From: Acutalibacteraceae bacterium
Lineage (GTDB): Bacteria; Bacillota; Clostridia; Oscillospirales; Acutalibacteraceae
DNA length: 64,000 bases
Direction: 5' to 3'
Assembly: GCA_045126895.1 (NCBI GenBank)
Contig: JBGVPE010000020.1
Coordinates: forward strand, 60,306-124,305
Numbering within the stretch: the first letter of the stretch is position 1; each line of letters starts with the position of its first letter. Below the pieces are notes generated by a model. That model did no database searches. It was not told the origin of the DNA and was given only the letters and a program-made list of their open reading frames with translations. The position numbers were made by a program, and so were the translations under genes. This document shows, piece by piece, positions 49,348 through 59,600 of the stretch.

Positions 49348-51447
49348 TTAAAATTCCATTATAATCGGTTCATATTTTTCAATAATTTCATTGACAACCT
49401 GTAATGTATCTTCTTCACAAATTCCTGACGGTCTTGGAATATAATCTTTAATCCAATCATTTTCCATATACTCAATTCGTTTTGAAAGCAAAGTATCGGC
49501 ATACTCGTTCCTGTCATACGGACGGTGTTTTGACATATCTTTAAATTTTTTAGGTTTTTCAAAATATGATGCCATCATTCTGAAAAACACATACCATCTT
49601 TTTAGATAAAAATCTTTAACCATTCCGCCCCATTCACGCCAGTAAGTGTCAAACACCTGAGAGTTTTTAATAGGTCCGTAAGTCGTGTGATACATTAAAA
49701 AATTAACTTCAAGATTCTGTTTTATCTGTTTGGTATCACCTAACTGCCTTGCACCTTCAATCTGAGTGAAGAGATTTGTTGATTTAACAGTTTTAAGGAG
49801 TCTGTCCATATCCTGCGCAATTTCCATAAAAGCATTTGTAGTTTTTTCAAAAGGTTCTACAGCTTTATTTCTGAAGCACTCAACAGACTGTTGATAAATC
49901 GGGTAAAGAACATTGTTAAGAACCTGCTTCATAATCTGCTGAATATCAGATCTGAAAACATCATTCTTTTTTACATCATCAGCCATAACTTTTTTTACAA
50001 GAGAAAACAGTGCTTTATTGTCATAAGGCAATTCAAATGTATCTCCCGGTGCAGTGTGATAAACCTCTGTGCACGGTCTTGCACATATAGCTGATGCCTG
50101 ATTAAGTACACTTTTTTCATTATAGCAAAGCTTCTGTAAGCTAACTAAGAAATCACTATGCTGCTGAGTACCGTATCTGCATAATGAATAACGCTCTAAA
50201 AACTCTTCTATATTCAATTCACTGTCAGATGTTAAAACTTCACAAGCAAAGGAATAGTAAATCGGGTTTGAAGCGTCACTGTCAAAAAGTAGAGCTGAAC
50301 CAACTGCATTATCATACTTCTCTTTAGCTTTAAGATATGGGTTTTTGCTCAGGGCATTCATATTACCTGCAATTACAGTTCTGCCATTAAGGTTACCTCT
50401 GTAACCAACAACAAAATCGTTGCCGTTAAAACCGTCATATTTTAAGTAATCATCACCGTTTTCATCAATAATAACCATACCGTCAACTTTTGACGGATAG
50501 CTATTGATTGCGCTTGAATGAACAAACCAGGTTGCCTCACTGTCAAAATCCCTTATGAAGTTAATATACATAGCTATAGTTTTTTCAACAAAAGAGTTAA
50601 ATCCTTTGAAATTAACATCATAAAGCGGATCAAACAAATAATTATGAACCTCGCCTAAAAGCTCTTTTTGCTTTTCAAGATAAGCTTTCTGAAAAACTCC
50701 GATATGAATATCATCATTAGGTTCAATGGTCATAGCAGGTGGGAACTTGTTCCATACAGGTCGTTTAATCAAATCAGTTTTTGTGTAATTTCGTCTGAAG
50801 CTGAATGGTACAGTTGACATAAATCCCTGATGAACAGGGTTCATACCAAGTTCCTTTGCTCTATCGGTAACACGTCTGCCGATTTCAATCTTTTTATCAA
50901 AATACTCTTCACTGTAAATAGGAAGATATCCGAAAATGTTACCCGTTAACTGTCTATAATAAAAAGATGAACCTGCGATAAACTCAAGGGCATTTTCTTT
51001 TTTGAACCTGAATTCCATCAAAGCTTTATATAAAACGCCATCACTGCCTGTCAGAATTATCGGGGCATTCACACCGGTCATAGCCATAAAATCAAGTTCT
51101 TTTTCCCATCGGTCAAATCCCCATGAATCAATCTCACAGCCGTATCTTTCATAGGTGAACGACACTCTTAATTTCTGTAAAACGGTATTTTCAAGCTTCT
51201 CTGTAGGCAAAGGTGCTGATTTGATATAAGAAATATCGTAATCACCATTTGTAATCAGCACATTACAGTAGCTTTTTAAATAGCGGTAATAGCCCATCGC
51301 TTTAGCAATATCACTGCTGCCGGATATAACAATATTTTTATCCCTTGAAAAGACTTCATATCTGTCATAACCATTGTCAGCTTCACAATCTTCAAATATA
51401 AAAACATCTGCAATTTTAGGGGTATTTCTTAAAACTAAATCTAACAT
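49348..51447 (-). CDS. GH89 alpha-N-acetylglucosaminidase (NAGLU-like)
   Basis: 699 aa. NAGLU N-terminal domain pattern (ISGSSDIAKAMGYYRYLKSYC). TIM-barrel start WGFDRWEKELDFMAMTGVNAPI. All-helical C-terminal domain. No signal peptide or CBM. Confidence 0.8.
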   Translation of the reverse strand: MLDLVLRNTPKIADVFIFEDCEADNGYDRYEVFSRDKNIVISGSSDIAKAMGYYRYLKSYCNVLITNGDYDISYIKSAPLPTEKLENTVLQKLRVSFTYERYGCEIDSWGFDRWEKELDFMAMTGVNAPIILTGSDGVLYKALMEFRFKKENALEFIAGSSFYYRQLTGNIFGYLPIYSEEYFDKKIEIGRRVTDRAKELGMNPVHQGFMSTVPFSFRRNYTKTDLIKRPVWNKFPPAMTIEPNDDIHIGVFQKAYLEKQKELLGEVHNYLFDPLYDVNFKGFNSFVEKTIAMYINFIRDFDSEATWFVHSSAINSYPSKVDGMVIIDENGDDYLKYDGFNGNDFVVGYRGNLNGRTVIAGNMNALSKNPYLKAKEKYDNAVGSALLFDSDASNPIYYSFACEVLTSDSELNIEEFLERYSLCRYGTQQHSDFLVSLQKLCYNEKSVLNQASAICARPCTEVYHTAPGDTFELPYDNKALFSLVKKVMADDVKKNDVFRSDIQQIMKQVLNNVLYPIYQQSVECFRNKAVEPFEKTTNAFMEIAQDMDRLLKTVKSTNLFTQIEGARQLGDTKQIKQNLEVNFLMYHTTYGPIKNSQVFDTYWREWGGMVKDFYLKRWYVFFRMMASYFEKPKKFKDMSKHRPYDRNEYADTLLSKRIEYMENDWIKDYIPRPSGICEEDTLQVVNEIIEKYEPIIMEF

Positions 51448-51465
51448 AAAAAGAATGCACTTCCA

Positions 51466-52311
51466 TTATCTGTTTAAAATATCATTTATTGTAGTTAATC
51501 CTGTTACAATCTGTAATACTGCCAGACTGTCTGAGGAGTTGATTTTTCCGTTACGGTCAGTGTCTGCGGCTTCAAGCTTTTCTGAAGATAAGCTCAGAAT
51601 GCCTGTTGAATACTGCAAAATATTCAGCGCGTCACCTGAAGTAATGTTGCCGTCTGAATTTGTATCACCTGCATTGGTTATTTTAATACCGATATCAGCA
51701 TTAGTTAAATCAAAATTGATTGCTTCACCATAATCGTATCTTTTGCCGTCAAGCTTACCGTTATCTGTATAGCAAGCAAGATAAGTTTCACCAAAAGGAT
51801 TTGATGTGTTTCTGATTGATTTATCTGATAAATAAATGCTGCCGATATCATTATTTTTACCTTTTGCAATAAACCGCATATTGACTACCGATTCATTTAA
51901 TGAAGACGGAGCCACACTGCAATCAGCAGAAGTAGGTATCATATCAATTTTTAAGTGAGCTTCTTTATTACCCGATGCACTTTTCAGTGCAAGGTTACTA
52001 TATGTTTTGCAACAAGAATAAAATCTGCTGCTTGTATTCCAATTAAAAGAGTTATATTGAACGCCACCTGAAAATAAAATCTCAGTGGCAAAAGGACCAG
52101 CATAATAATCCTCATTCGTTTTTAAAAACAACGAAATATCTATTGTATCACCGTTATATAAATAAATAAAATCTTTATCTGTTTTTACATCTGAGCCGTT
52201 AACAGAGGCCTTCAAATCAATATCTGCATCATAGCGAGGCTGAGCAATAACAACTATCGGCAGAATCGCAATACAAACCGCCAACAAAACAATAATAAGC
52301 TTTCGTTTCAT
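51466..52311 (-). CDS. Secreted cohesin-like module + dockerin protein (P4)
   Basis: Signal peptide. The beta-rich module has GDTIDISLFLKTNEDYYAGPFATEILFS (cohesin-like strand pattern). C-terminal dockerin GDTNSDGNITSGDALNILQY...ADTDRNGKINSSDSLAVLQIVTG. Confidence 0.6.
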   Translation of the reverse strand: MKRKLIIVLLAVCIAILPIVVIAQPRYDADIDLKASVNGSDVKTDKDFIYLYNGDTIDISLFLKTNEDYYAGPFATEILFSGGVQYNSFNWNTSSRFYSCCKTYSNLALKSASGNKEAHLKIDMIPTSADCSVAPSSLNESVVNMRFIAKGKNNDIGSIYLSDKSIRNTSNPFGETYLACYTDNGKLDGKRYDYGEAINFDLTNADIGIKITNAGDTNSDGNITSGDALNILQYSTGILSLSSEKLEAADTDRNGKINSSDSLAVLQIVTGLTTINDILNR

Positions 52312-52330
52312 TATGTCAACCTCCTTATTT

Positions 52331-52363
52331 AAAAAATGGGGTCACAGGATAACCCGTGACCCC
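52331..52363 (-). terminator. Rho-independent terminator after P3
   Basis: GGGGTCAC(A)GG-ataa-CCCGTGACCCC. On the minus strand it is followed by TTTTTT. Confidence 0.8.
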
Positions 52364-52379
52364 TGAATGCTAAAGGGAA

Positions 52380-55300
52380 TTATTTAGAAGCTGTAACTGT
52401 TGCTGAGAAGCCGTCAACTGATGACCAACCGTCAGCTGTCTTGATGTTGAGAGTTACAGTGTTTTCGCCAACTGCATAGAACTTAGCATAAATATCATAT
52501 GTTGCTTTGCCGTCTGCAATTGTTGCATTTGCGAATGTCTTAAGAACTACACCGTTAACAACAACCTGAACTTTAAGTACGTCTGTACCAGTTACAACTG
52601 TAAGAGGAATTTCAGTGTACATTTTTGCTGTGTCAGCAATATCCATTGAGTATACTTCTGCATCATCTGTTGAATATTTGTAATCACAGATGTATGAGAG
52701 TGAAAGGTCTTCCCAACCTTCGTTGCCCTTAACGTTGAGGTAGTAAACGTCTGGGTTGATTGCAAGATCAAATGTCCAGATTTCATAAGCGATGTTTCTT
52801 GAAAGGTCGCTAACAACATTATTGTCTGCATCGTAGCTTACGATTTTACCTAATTCTCTTGCACGAGTTCTGTTAAGAGTAACTGTGTTGAGTTCGTTGT
52901 CTTTGTCAACGAAACGAAGTTTAACAGGTCTGCCTTCGATCTTAACTGTGAATGTGTTAGCAGCATAAGGAGTATCTGTGTAAGAAGCTTCCATTACTCT
53001 GCCTTCTGTTGGTTTAAGCTCGAGTTTGCCGATAGCTTCTGTGATAGCGTCTGCCATAGCGTCAACGTCAGCCTGTTTTGTGATGTCAAGGCCTTCAACT
53101 ACTGCTGCAACTGCATCTCTGAGAGCTGCAACTGATTTGTCAGTGTAGATTGAAAGGTCTGCTGGGATCTTACCTTTAGCTGCTTCAACTTTAGCGTAGT
53201 CAGCTGCTTTAACGTCGAGGTCTTTAACTGCTGCATTGATAGCTGCTGCAAAACCGTCAACTGTATCCTGCTGTGTTTCGCCAAGGCCGTAAACAACTGC
53301 ATCAACTGCATCGTCAACAACTTTGAGTGATTCTGTAGTGTAGATTGATCTGTCAGCAGGGATAGCTGCGATAGCTGCTTCAACTGCTGCATAGTTAGCA
53401 AGTTTTTCGAGGTCTGCGATAGCTGCATTGATAGCTGCTGCAAAACCGTCAACTGTTGTCTGTTCTGTCTTGTCAAGGCCTTCAACTACTGCTGCAAGAG
53501 CTTTTTCAAGTTTTGCCCATGAAGCATCTGTGTAGTCTTCTGCATTGAGAGCTGCTGCTGCATCTTCAGCTTCTGTTACTGCATCGTAATCAGCTGCTGC
53601 GATAACAAGCTGAGCTTTTGCTGTGTTAAGAGCGCTAGCTGCTGCTGCAACTACTGCTGCTGATGCGTTATCATCTGCATAAACTGACTCTGCGTTTGCA
53701 AGAGCCTGTGCATATACGCTCCAGTTAGAGTAGTAATCTGCTGTGTATTCTGGTTTAGCATCGATAGCTGCTTTAAGAGCTGTTTTGTCAGCTTTTTCTG
53801 CAAGGAGAGCAACTGCATTTACAAGATCTGCTGCTGCTGCGTTAAGAGCTGCCTGATCACCTGCTACTTCTGCTACTGCTTTAGCTGCATAAGCTGCTGC
53901 TTTAGCTGCCTCGTAAGCTGCAACTGAGTTTGGTGTGTAAGCGTCTGTGTCAGCTGGTTCCTGAGCTGTTGCCTGTTTCCATGCTGTGTAATCAAGAACG
54001 ATTGGTTTTGGATCAAGAGCATCGATAGCATCATAGATAGCTTCTGCTGCTGCATTAACAGCTGCCTGCTGTGATGAACCTGTTTCATCTCTGTCGAATA
54101 ACTGAGCTGCTGCTACTGCATCCTGGAGAGCATCATAAGATTCTTCTGTCCAATCATCAGCGTTTACGTCTGCTGCTTCTTCAAGTGCAGCGTCAAGACC
54201 TGTGAAGTTAGCTTTAGCCTCAAGAGCTGCTACTGCGCCTTCAAGAGTTGCTGCTGCGTTGTCAAGGTCTGCCTGAGTTGTAGCTGTTGCTACAGCTGCT
54301 TCTGCTGCTGCTTTAGCGCTTGTAGCTGCAGTAGCAGTTGATTTTGTGTAAGCTGAAAGGTCAGCCGGAACTGAACCGATAGCGTTGTTGATTCTTGTGT
54401 AGTTAAGAACAACTTTTTCTTCAAGGTTCTTAATAGCATCTGCAAGAGCATTAGCTGCTGCTGTAACAACTGTCTGGTCTGTTGACTCTTTAGCTTTTAC
54501 TGCATTGTTATAAGCTGTTACAACTGCTGCCCATGAATCTGATGTATATGCATCACCGTCAAGATCTTTATAGGCGTTGATTGCATTTTCAAGAGCTGTG
54601 TAGTCAACTGATGAACCACCTGCAACTTTGAATGTAAGAACCTGATTTTCAACAATGTGGCCTTCTTCAGGAATAGCATACATTGTGTCAATCCAGTCGC
54701 CTTCACCGTCGTCACAAACAAGGAAACCGTTGTTTGTCATAAGGATTGTACCAACTGCGCCAGGAGTTGCATCCGCTCTAACATATACAGGGAATGCATA
54801 GATATCCTCGTCAAGAGCTTCATAAAGTTCTCCGCCGTATTCGTCGTTCATCATTGTAACGTCGTACTGAACAACGATGTGGTTAACATGATGAGAAGCT
54901 TTCTGAGCTGCTGTCAAACCTTTTGCGTTCTGAACCCAGTTTGTTCTGTAGCTCTCAAGCATACGGCCCCAAGGTGCACCTGAAACTGTGCCGTCAGCAA
55001 ATGCCATAATCTGGCTGTCCTCGTTAACCCATGTTGCCTGAGTGATTGACATAGCAGATGTCATAAATATGTTTGAATCATAGTACCAGTCCTGAGAAAG
55101 AGTACCGATGTAAAGGCTGTCAGAAGCTTCTACATGTGTTGTAACCCAAACCATGTCACCAGGATTAACTTCGATTGGAGTTGTGTTGCCTGCTGCGTAA
55201 ACAGGGAGATCGTCTCTGCTTGATTTGTAAGCTGTTACGTCAGCACGCTGTGCTTTAATCTCAGCAGCTTTAACTGATGTGAGAACTTTGTTCTCTGCAT

Positions 55301-55508
55301 CAAGTGCAACAGATTCAGAAACAGCAGTACCTTCTTCTGTTTTATCTGTTGTGCCGACACTTTCCATAACCTGAGCACTAAGTGTCCAAGTTAATGTTTC
55401 AGAACCGTCAAGTACTTCATCGCGTTCTCTTGCAAATGATACTACTGCCATTGAAAGAACCATAGCAACAGCAAGTACAATGCTAAGAACTTTTTTGGTC
55501 ATTTTCAT
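52380..55508 (-). CDS. Large secreted or anchored protein (P3): cohesin-like N-terminal module, eight FIVAR-like helical repeats, two C-terminal beta modules
   Basis: Signal/anchor MKMTKKVLSIVLAVAMVLSMAVVSFA. NPGDMVWVTTHVEASDSLYIGTLSQDWYYDSNIF cohesin-like pattern. Ala-rich 64-70-aa repeats. No dockerin, LPXTG or SLH seen. Confidence 0.6.
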   Translation of the reverse strand: MKMTKKVLSIVLAVAMVLSMAVVSFARERDEVLDGSETLTWTLSAQVMESVGTTDKTEEGTAVSESVALDAENKVLTSVKAAEIKAQRADVTAYKSSRDDLPVYAAGNTTPIEVNPGDMVWVTTHVEASDSLYIGTLSQDWYYDSNIFMTSAMSITQATWVNEDSQIMAFADGTVSGAPWGRMLESYRTNWVQNAKGLTAAQKASHHVNHIVVQYDVTMMNDEYGGELYEALDEDIYAFPVYVRADATPGAVGTILMTNNGFLVCDDGEGDWIDTMYAIPEEGHIVENQVLTFKVAGGSSVDYTALENAINAYKDLDGDAYTSDSWAAVVTAYNNAVKAKESTDQTVVTAAANALADAIKNLEEKVVLNYTRINNAIGSVPADLSAYTKSTATAATSAKAAAEAAVATATTQADLDNAAATLEGAVAALEAKANFTGLDAALEEAADVNADDWTEESYDALQDAVAAAQLFDRDETGSSQQAAVNAAAEAIYDAIDALDPKPIVLDYTAWKQATAQEPADTDAYTPNSVAAYEAAKAAAYAAKAVAEVAGDQAALNAAAADLVNAVALLAEKADKTALKAAIDAKPEYTADYYSNWSVYAQALANAESVYADDNASAAVVAAAASALNTAKAQLVIAAADYDAVTEAEDAAAALNAEDYTDASWAKLEKALAAVVEGLDKTEQTTVDGFAAAINAAIADLEKLANYAAVEAAIAAIPADRSIYTTESLKVVDDAVDAVVYGLGETQQDTVDGFAAAINAAVKDLDVKAADYAKVEAAKGKIPADLSIYTDKSVAALRDAVAAVVEGLDITKQADVDAMADAITEAIGKLELKPTEGRVMEASYTDTPYAANTFTVKIEGRPVKLRFVDKDNELNTVTLNRTRARELGKIVSYDADNNVVSDLSRNIAYEIWTFDLAINPDVYYLNVKGNEGWEDLSLSYICDYKYSTDDAEVYSMDIADTAKMYTEIPLTVVTGTDVLKVQVVVNGVVLKTFANATIADGKATYDIYAKFYAVGENTVTLNIKTADGWSSVDGFSATVTASK
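53090..54620 (-). repeat. Tandem coding repeats (about eight units of 64-70 aa, FIVAR-like)
   Basis: Units such as ADYAKVEAAKGKIPADLSIYTDKSVAALRDAVAAVVEGLDITKQADVDAMADAITEAIGKLE. A 34-nt segment, CTGCATTGATAGCTGCTGCAAAACCGTCAACTGT, occurs identically at 53231 and 53423, giving a 192-nt period. Confidence 0.8.
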
Positions 55509-55568
55509 TACTGAATTTCCTCCTAAAAAATTTTTATTTCAAATAAGTTAGCTTATTTAAAACCAAAA

Positions 55569-56630
55569 TTACATTGTCTGGTCAAGATCTGCCAAACCTG
55601 CAGCTACTTTAGATAATGCAGTTGAGTCAGAAGCGTTGACCGCACCGGAACCGTCAACATCAGCTGCGATGTTGAAGATATCCTCTGTTATTTCACCTAA
55701 ACCTGCAGCAACCTTATTCAAGTCAGTTGAGTCAGATGCGTTGATAGCACCGTCACCATTAAGGTCACCGTAAATTAAGATTTTATAAGTGTCAAGTAAT
55801 CCACCGTTAGCAAATACTCTGACACCTGCGCCTGTGCCGAAACCACCTGCAGTACCTGTTGTAGCAAGAGGCTGAAGTGTTGCAGCACCAAGAGGCTGAA
55901 CATTAGCTAAAATTGTAGCTTTGCTCATTGTAAGACCGGCCCAGTTTTTGATTATCTTTTCTGAATAGTCGATGATAACCTGTGAGCCCGGATAAGTTGT
56001 AATACCATCTACAGCACCCTGGTTGATTTCAACATCAACGCCTTCGAATGAGAGGGTATTATCTACGCGACAAAGAGTTGTTGCGTCGGCAGGGTCAATA
56101 ACTGCCTGATTGTAGAAGAGTGTTGACTCTTCAGGAATAAAGATTGAACCTGTAGCACCGCCTGCAGTTGATTTTACCTGCAACTGGAATGAGAAGCACT
56201 TAACAGACTCAGCGCTGTTGAAGCTACCGATATTTGTTGATGTAACAGCAGCAGTCCACTGAACAAGAACACAACCGTAAGCTGATGGATCGTACTCTAC
56301 AGGATAGAGAGAATAATCGTTGCTTGTGTTAGCTTCAAGTGAGCCTTTGTAAGTAAGGCAATCATCATAAGCGGTCAATTTTATATTACCTGTTGATGGA
56401 AGTTCAAATACATCTGCACTGTAAAGAACAGGGAAACGCAAGCAAGTAGCATTGTAATTGTTTTTAAGGTAAACATTTACAGTAACTACATCGCCTGTTG
56501 AGTATGTAGATGAATCTGCCGCAACAGTATAAGTCATTGTACCATCAACGGCGAAAGCGGAGACAGCAAAAACAGAGAAAGCAAGAACTACAGCAAGAGC
56601 AATTGCTAAAATTCTTTTTGAAGTTTTCAT
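55569..56630 (-). CDS. Secreted cohesin-like module + dockerin adaptor protein (P2)
   Basis: Signal peptide ending AFA. GDVVTVNVYLKNNYNATCLRFPVLYSADVFELPS (cohesin-like). C-terminal dockerin GDLNGDGAINASDSTDLNKVAAGL...ADVDGSGAVNASDSTALSKVAAGL. Confidence 0.7.
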   Translation of the reverse strand: MKTSKRILAIALAVVLAFSVFAVSAFAVDGTMTYTVAADSSTYSTGDVVTVNVYLKNNYNATCLRFPVLYSADVFELPSTGNIKLTAYDDCLTYKGSLEANTSNDYSLYPVEYDPSAYGCVLVQWTAAVTSTNIGSFNSAESVKCFSFQLQVKSTAGGATGSIFIPEESTLFYNQAVIDPADATTLCRVDNTLSFEGVDVEINQGAVDGITTYPGSQVIIDYSEKIIKNWAGLTMSKATILANVQPLGAATLQPLATTGTAGGFGTGAGVRVFANGGLLDTYKILIYGDLNGDGAINASDSTDLNKVAAGLGEITEDIFNIAADVDGSGAVNASDSTALSKVAAGLADLDQTM

Positions 56631-56656
56631 CTGTATACCTCCTTAATTATCTGGGG

Positions 56657-56689
56657 ATATCCCGGGCAGGGAGTCCCTGCCCAAGATAT
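56657..56689 (-). promoter_or_regulatory. GC-rich intercistronic stem-loop between P1 and P2
   Basis: ATATC-cc-GGGCAGGGAGTCCCTGCCC-aa-GATAT. On the coding (minus) strand no U-run follows it. It lies in the 65-nt spacer just upstream of the P2 RBS (AAGGAGG). Confidence 0.6.
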
Positions 56690-56695
56690 TTAGAA

Positions 56696-59600
56696 TTAAC
56701 CTCTGTCAGCGTAGTTAATTTCTGCAAGACCTGCTGCAACTTTATCAAGAGCAGTAGCGTCAGATGCGTTAACGATAGCTGAGTTGTCCATATCAGCTGC
56801 GAAGTCAAATGCTGAGTCAGCTGTAGCGCTGAATTCTGCAAGACCTGCTGCAACCTTGTTAAGTACTGTTGAGTCAGATGCGTTAACTGTACCGTCACCG
56901 TTAAGGTCACCTGTAATAACAATTACATACTCATCGATAACATTACCGTTTGCATCAGAGATTGTGATTGTTGAACCTGTTGCGATAGCATCACATTCAA
57001 CTGTAGCATCACCTGTGATGTTGAAGTATTCAGCAACATCAGCAACTACATCTCCGGGGAATGCACCAAGAAGGAGTTTACCGAATGTTGTTTCTTCAAC
57101 AACGAGTGAGTAGCCGTTGTCGCCAGGGTTTGCGCCTGCGATTTCAACTACAACTTCATCACCGCTGCCGCTGCCGCTGCCACCTTCGCCCTTCATAAGT
57201 CTCTTCTGAGCTTCGATGAGCTGAACATAAGCTTCGTTGATCTTTGTCTGTCTTGGAGCTTCTTCATTGTTTACGCTTGTTGCAAAAGCAATAGCTCTTG
57301 AATAATTGTTCCAAGAATCTTCTGTGTAATCATCTTCGTTATAACCTGCTGCATTTGCATTAGCAACTGCGATGTTAAGGTTTGTCTTTAAGCTTGGAGT
57401 CTTAACAAGTCTGCCTGCATAAAGTGAAAGACGATGGTTTGTATAAGCAACTGAAAGTGAGTCAACAGGGCCGTATGTAAAGTCTTCGTAATCAACGATT
57501 TCTTCTTCGCCTGTTTCTTCATTTATAACAGTTTTGTAGATTTTTGCGCTTTCAACAAGGCCGTTAGCATCGTTACGAGCGCTTCTGTAGTTTTCATATG
57601 TGTAAGCTACATAGTCATCTTTACCAAAGTAGTTGAAGTTAGGAGCATCGTATTCAACGCCTTCTTCATTGCTTGGAGAGATGCTTTCAAGGAGATCGTA
57701 TGTGCTCTGTGCACCGCCGCCTGCAGCTGATGCTTCAAGAGTTTCGATAGCTGCCTCAAGAGATTCTGATACAGTCTTGAACTTCTTAGCATCACCTGAT
57801 GTTGCATTACAGAATGTAGCTGCTGTTCTCTTACCGTTGATAAGAGCTGAAGCTGCATCCATAGCTGCAAGGTAAGCTGTCCATGCTGCTGAATCAGTGT
57901 AGTCATATGCCTGACGCTGAGCATTAACTTCTGAATTAAAGAGTCCAGGAAGTCCAAAGTCATCATAAAGACAGATGTTACCCTGATAGGTAAGGTTAGT
58001 AGTGCCTACAGTAACACCAATGTTCTGATAATAACGTTTGAAACCGTTAGCTGAGAAAGCTTCTAATTTAGCTGCTTCAAGCTGCTCTTCTGTGTATTCA
58101 CCATAAGCTTCTTTGAACTTGAATGGTTCAATATCAGCCTGGAAGCCTGCTTTGATTTCAACTTCTTCTGTGTTAGCTTCCATAAATGAAAGTTTACCGA
58201 TTGAAGTTGCTGTTGTTGTAATTGCATAAGGTTTTACTGTAACTGCACCTGCGTTAGGATTGTTTTCATCCATTTCGTTGTTATTTTTAACACGAGATGA
58301 GAGATCATCCAAACCGCTGATATCAGTTCTGTAAAGGTTCATGTTACCGTCAACAATGCTTGCTGCTACGCCTGAAGCTGATTTAGCTGCTGTCTTAGCT
58401 TCGTCAGTATCAGTCTTAGAAAGACATGAATAGATACGAGCATCAAGAGGCTGAGATGTAAGTTTTGAACCGTCTTCAACAAGAACATCATAGTTGATTG
58501 TAAATACGATAGGCTGTGTACCTGTGAAAGAACCGCCAACTGTGAATGTTGTTGATTCACCACCGTCAAGAGTTGTCTGAGCAGGTGTTGAAACTGTTAC
58601 TGTTGAAACTGAAGATTTAACAGAGTTAATCTTGATAGCATAACGTGAATCCTGATGGAAACCTGATGCATCTGTATAACCTGTGTTAATACCTGATGAT
58701 GGGTTTGTGATTGTAACCTGGAAGTTTGGAGCTGTTGAAATATAGTAGAATGAATCAAGTGTAAATTCAGGAGCTTCAAATTCCTGTGGGTTTGTAAGGT
58801 CAAGGATAGGACAAACAATTGGAAGAACTGCAGCTGCAAGAGTTACTCTGTAGCTGTAAAGGTCAGTGAAGAGAGCGTTTACTGTACCAGCAAGGTTCTC
58901 TTTCTTGATGATGTCTTCAAGAGTTGTCATATTTGTAGCAAGAAGGTTCGGGAAAACAATGTTAATTGTTCTTGGAAGGAGGTTAAGGATAACCTGCTTG
59001 ATTGGTTTCTGAAGTTCTGAACCTTCAACCTCTGTTGTGAGGATTGAGATAAGACCATCAAAGTTAAGTGAGAGAAGGTTTTCAAAAATAACCTTTTTGA
59101 TTAACTCTTCAAAGTTAACTGTACCTGATGGGAAGAGAGAAGCGTCAAACCAGTTTCTGTTGAAGATTGTGAAAAGAATCTTGTCGATATTTTTCCAACC
59201 TGAGTCAGAAGTGCTGAGATTGATACCGCTGAGAAGACCTGCATACTTAGGAATAGCCCAGTTTGCAATCTGTGTTAATACGTCATCAATGCTTGTGCCG
59301 TATTCAATACCGATATCGAAGAGGTCGTTAAGAGCTTCTGCAGCATAGTCAGCAAGAACGTTGTAGATTGTATCTACAGAATCATTCGGATATACTGACA
59401 AGTCGCTGTAGTCTCTGCCAGGAAGGTCGATTGCTACGATACCTTTAACAGTGTAGTTAGCAACTTCTACAAGAGTATCTGCGCTTTCAGGGATCCATAC
59501 ACCGTCAACTGATGAGTTGATGATTGCACGAGCAACGTATGAAACAACCTGCATATCAGTCATAGCAGCAAGCTCTTCTGCAGTCTTAACTTCTACGAAT

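Noticed and set aside
53090-54620. Periodic DNA repeats that might suggest a CRISPR array or satellite
   Set aside because: The repeats are in frame within a long ORF, have a 192-nt period equal to a 64-aa protein unit, and have no repeat-spacer organisation. They are coding tandem repeats.
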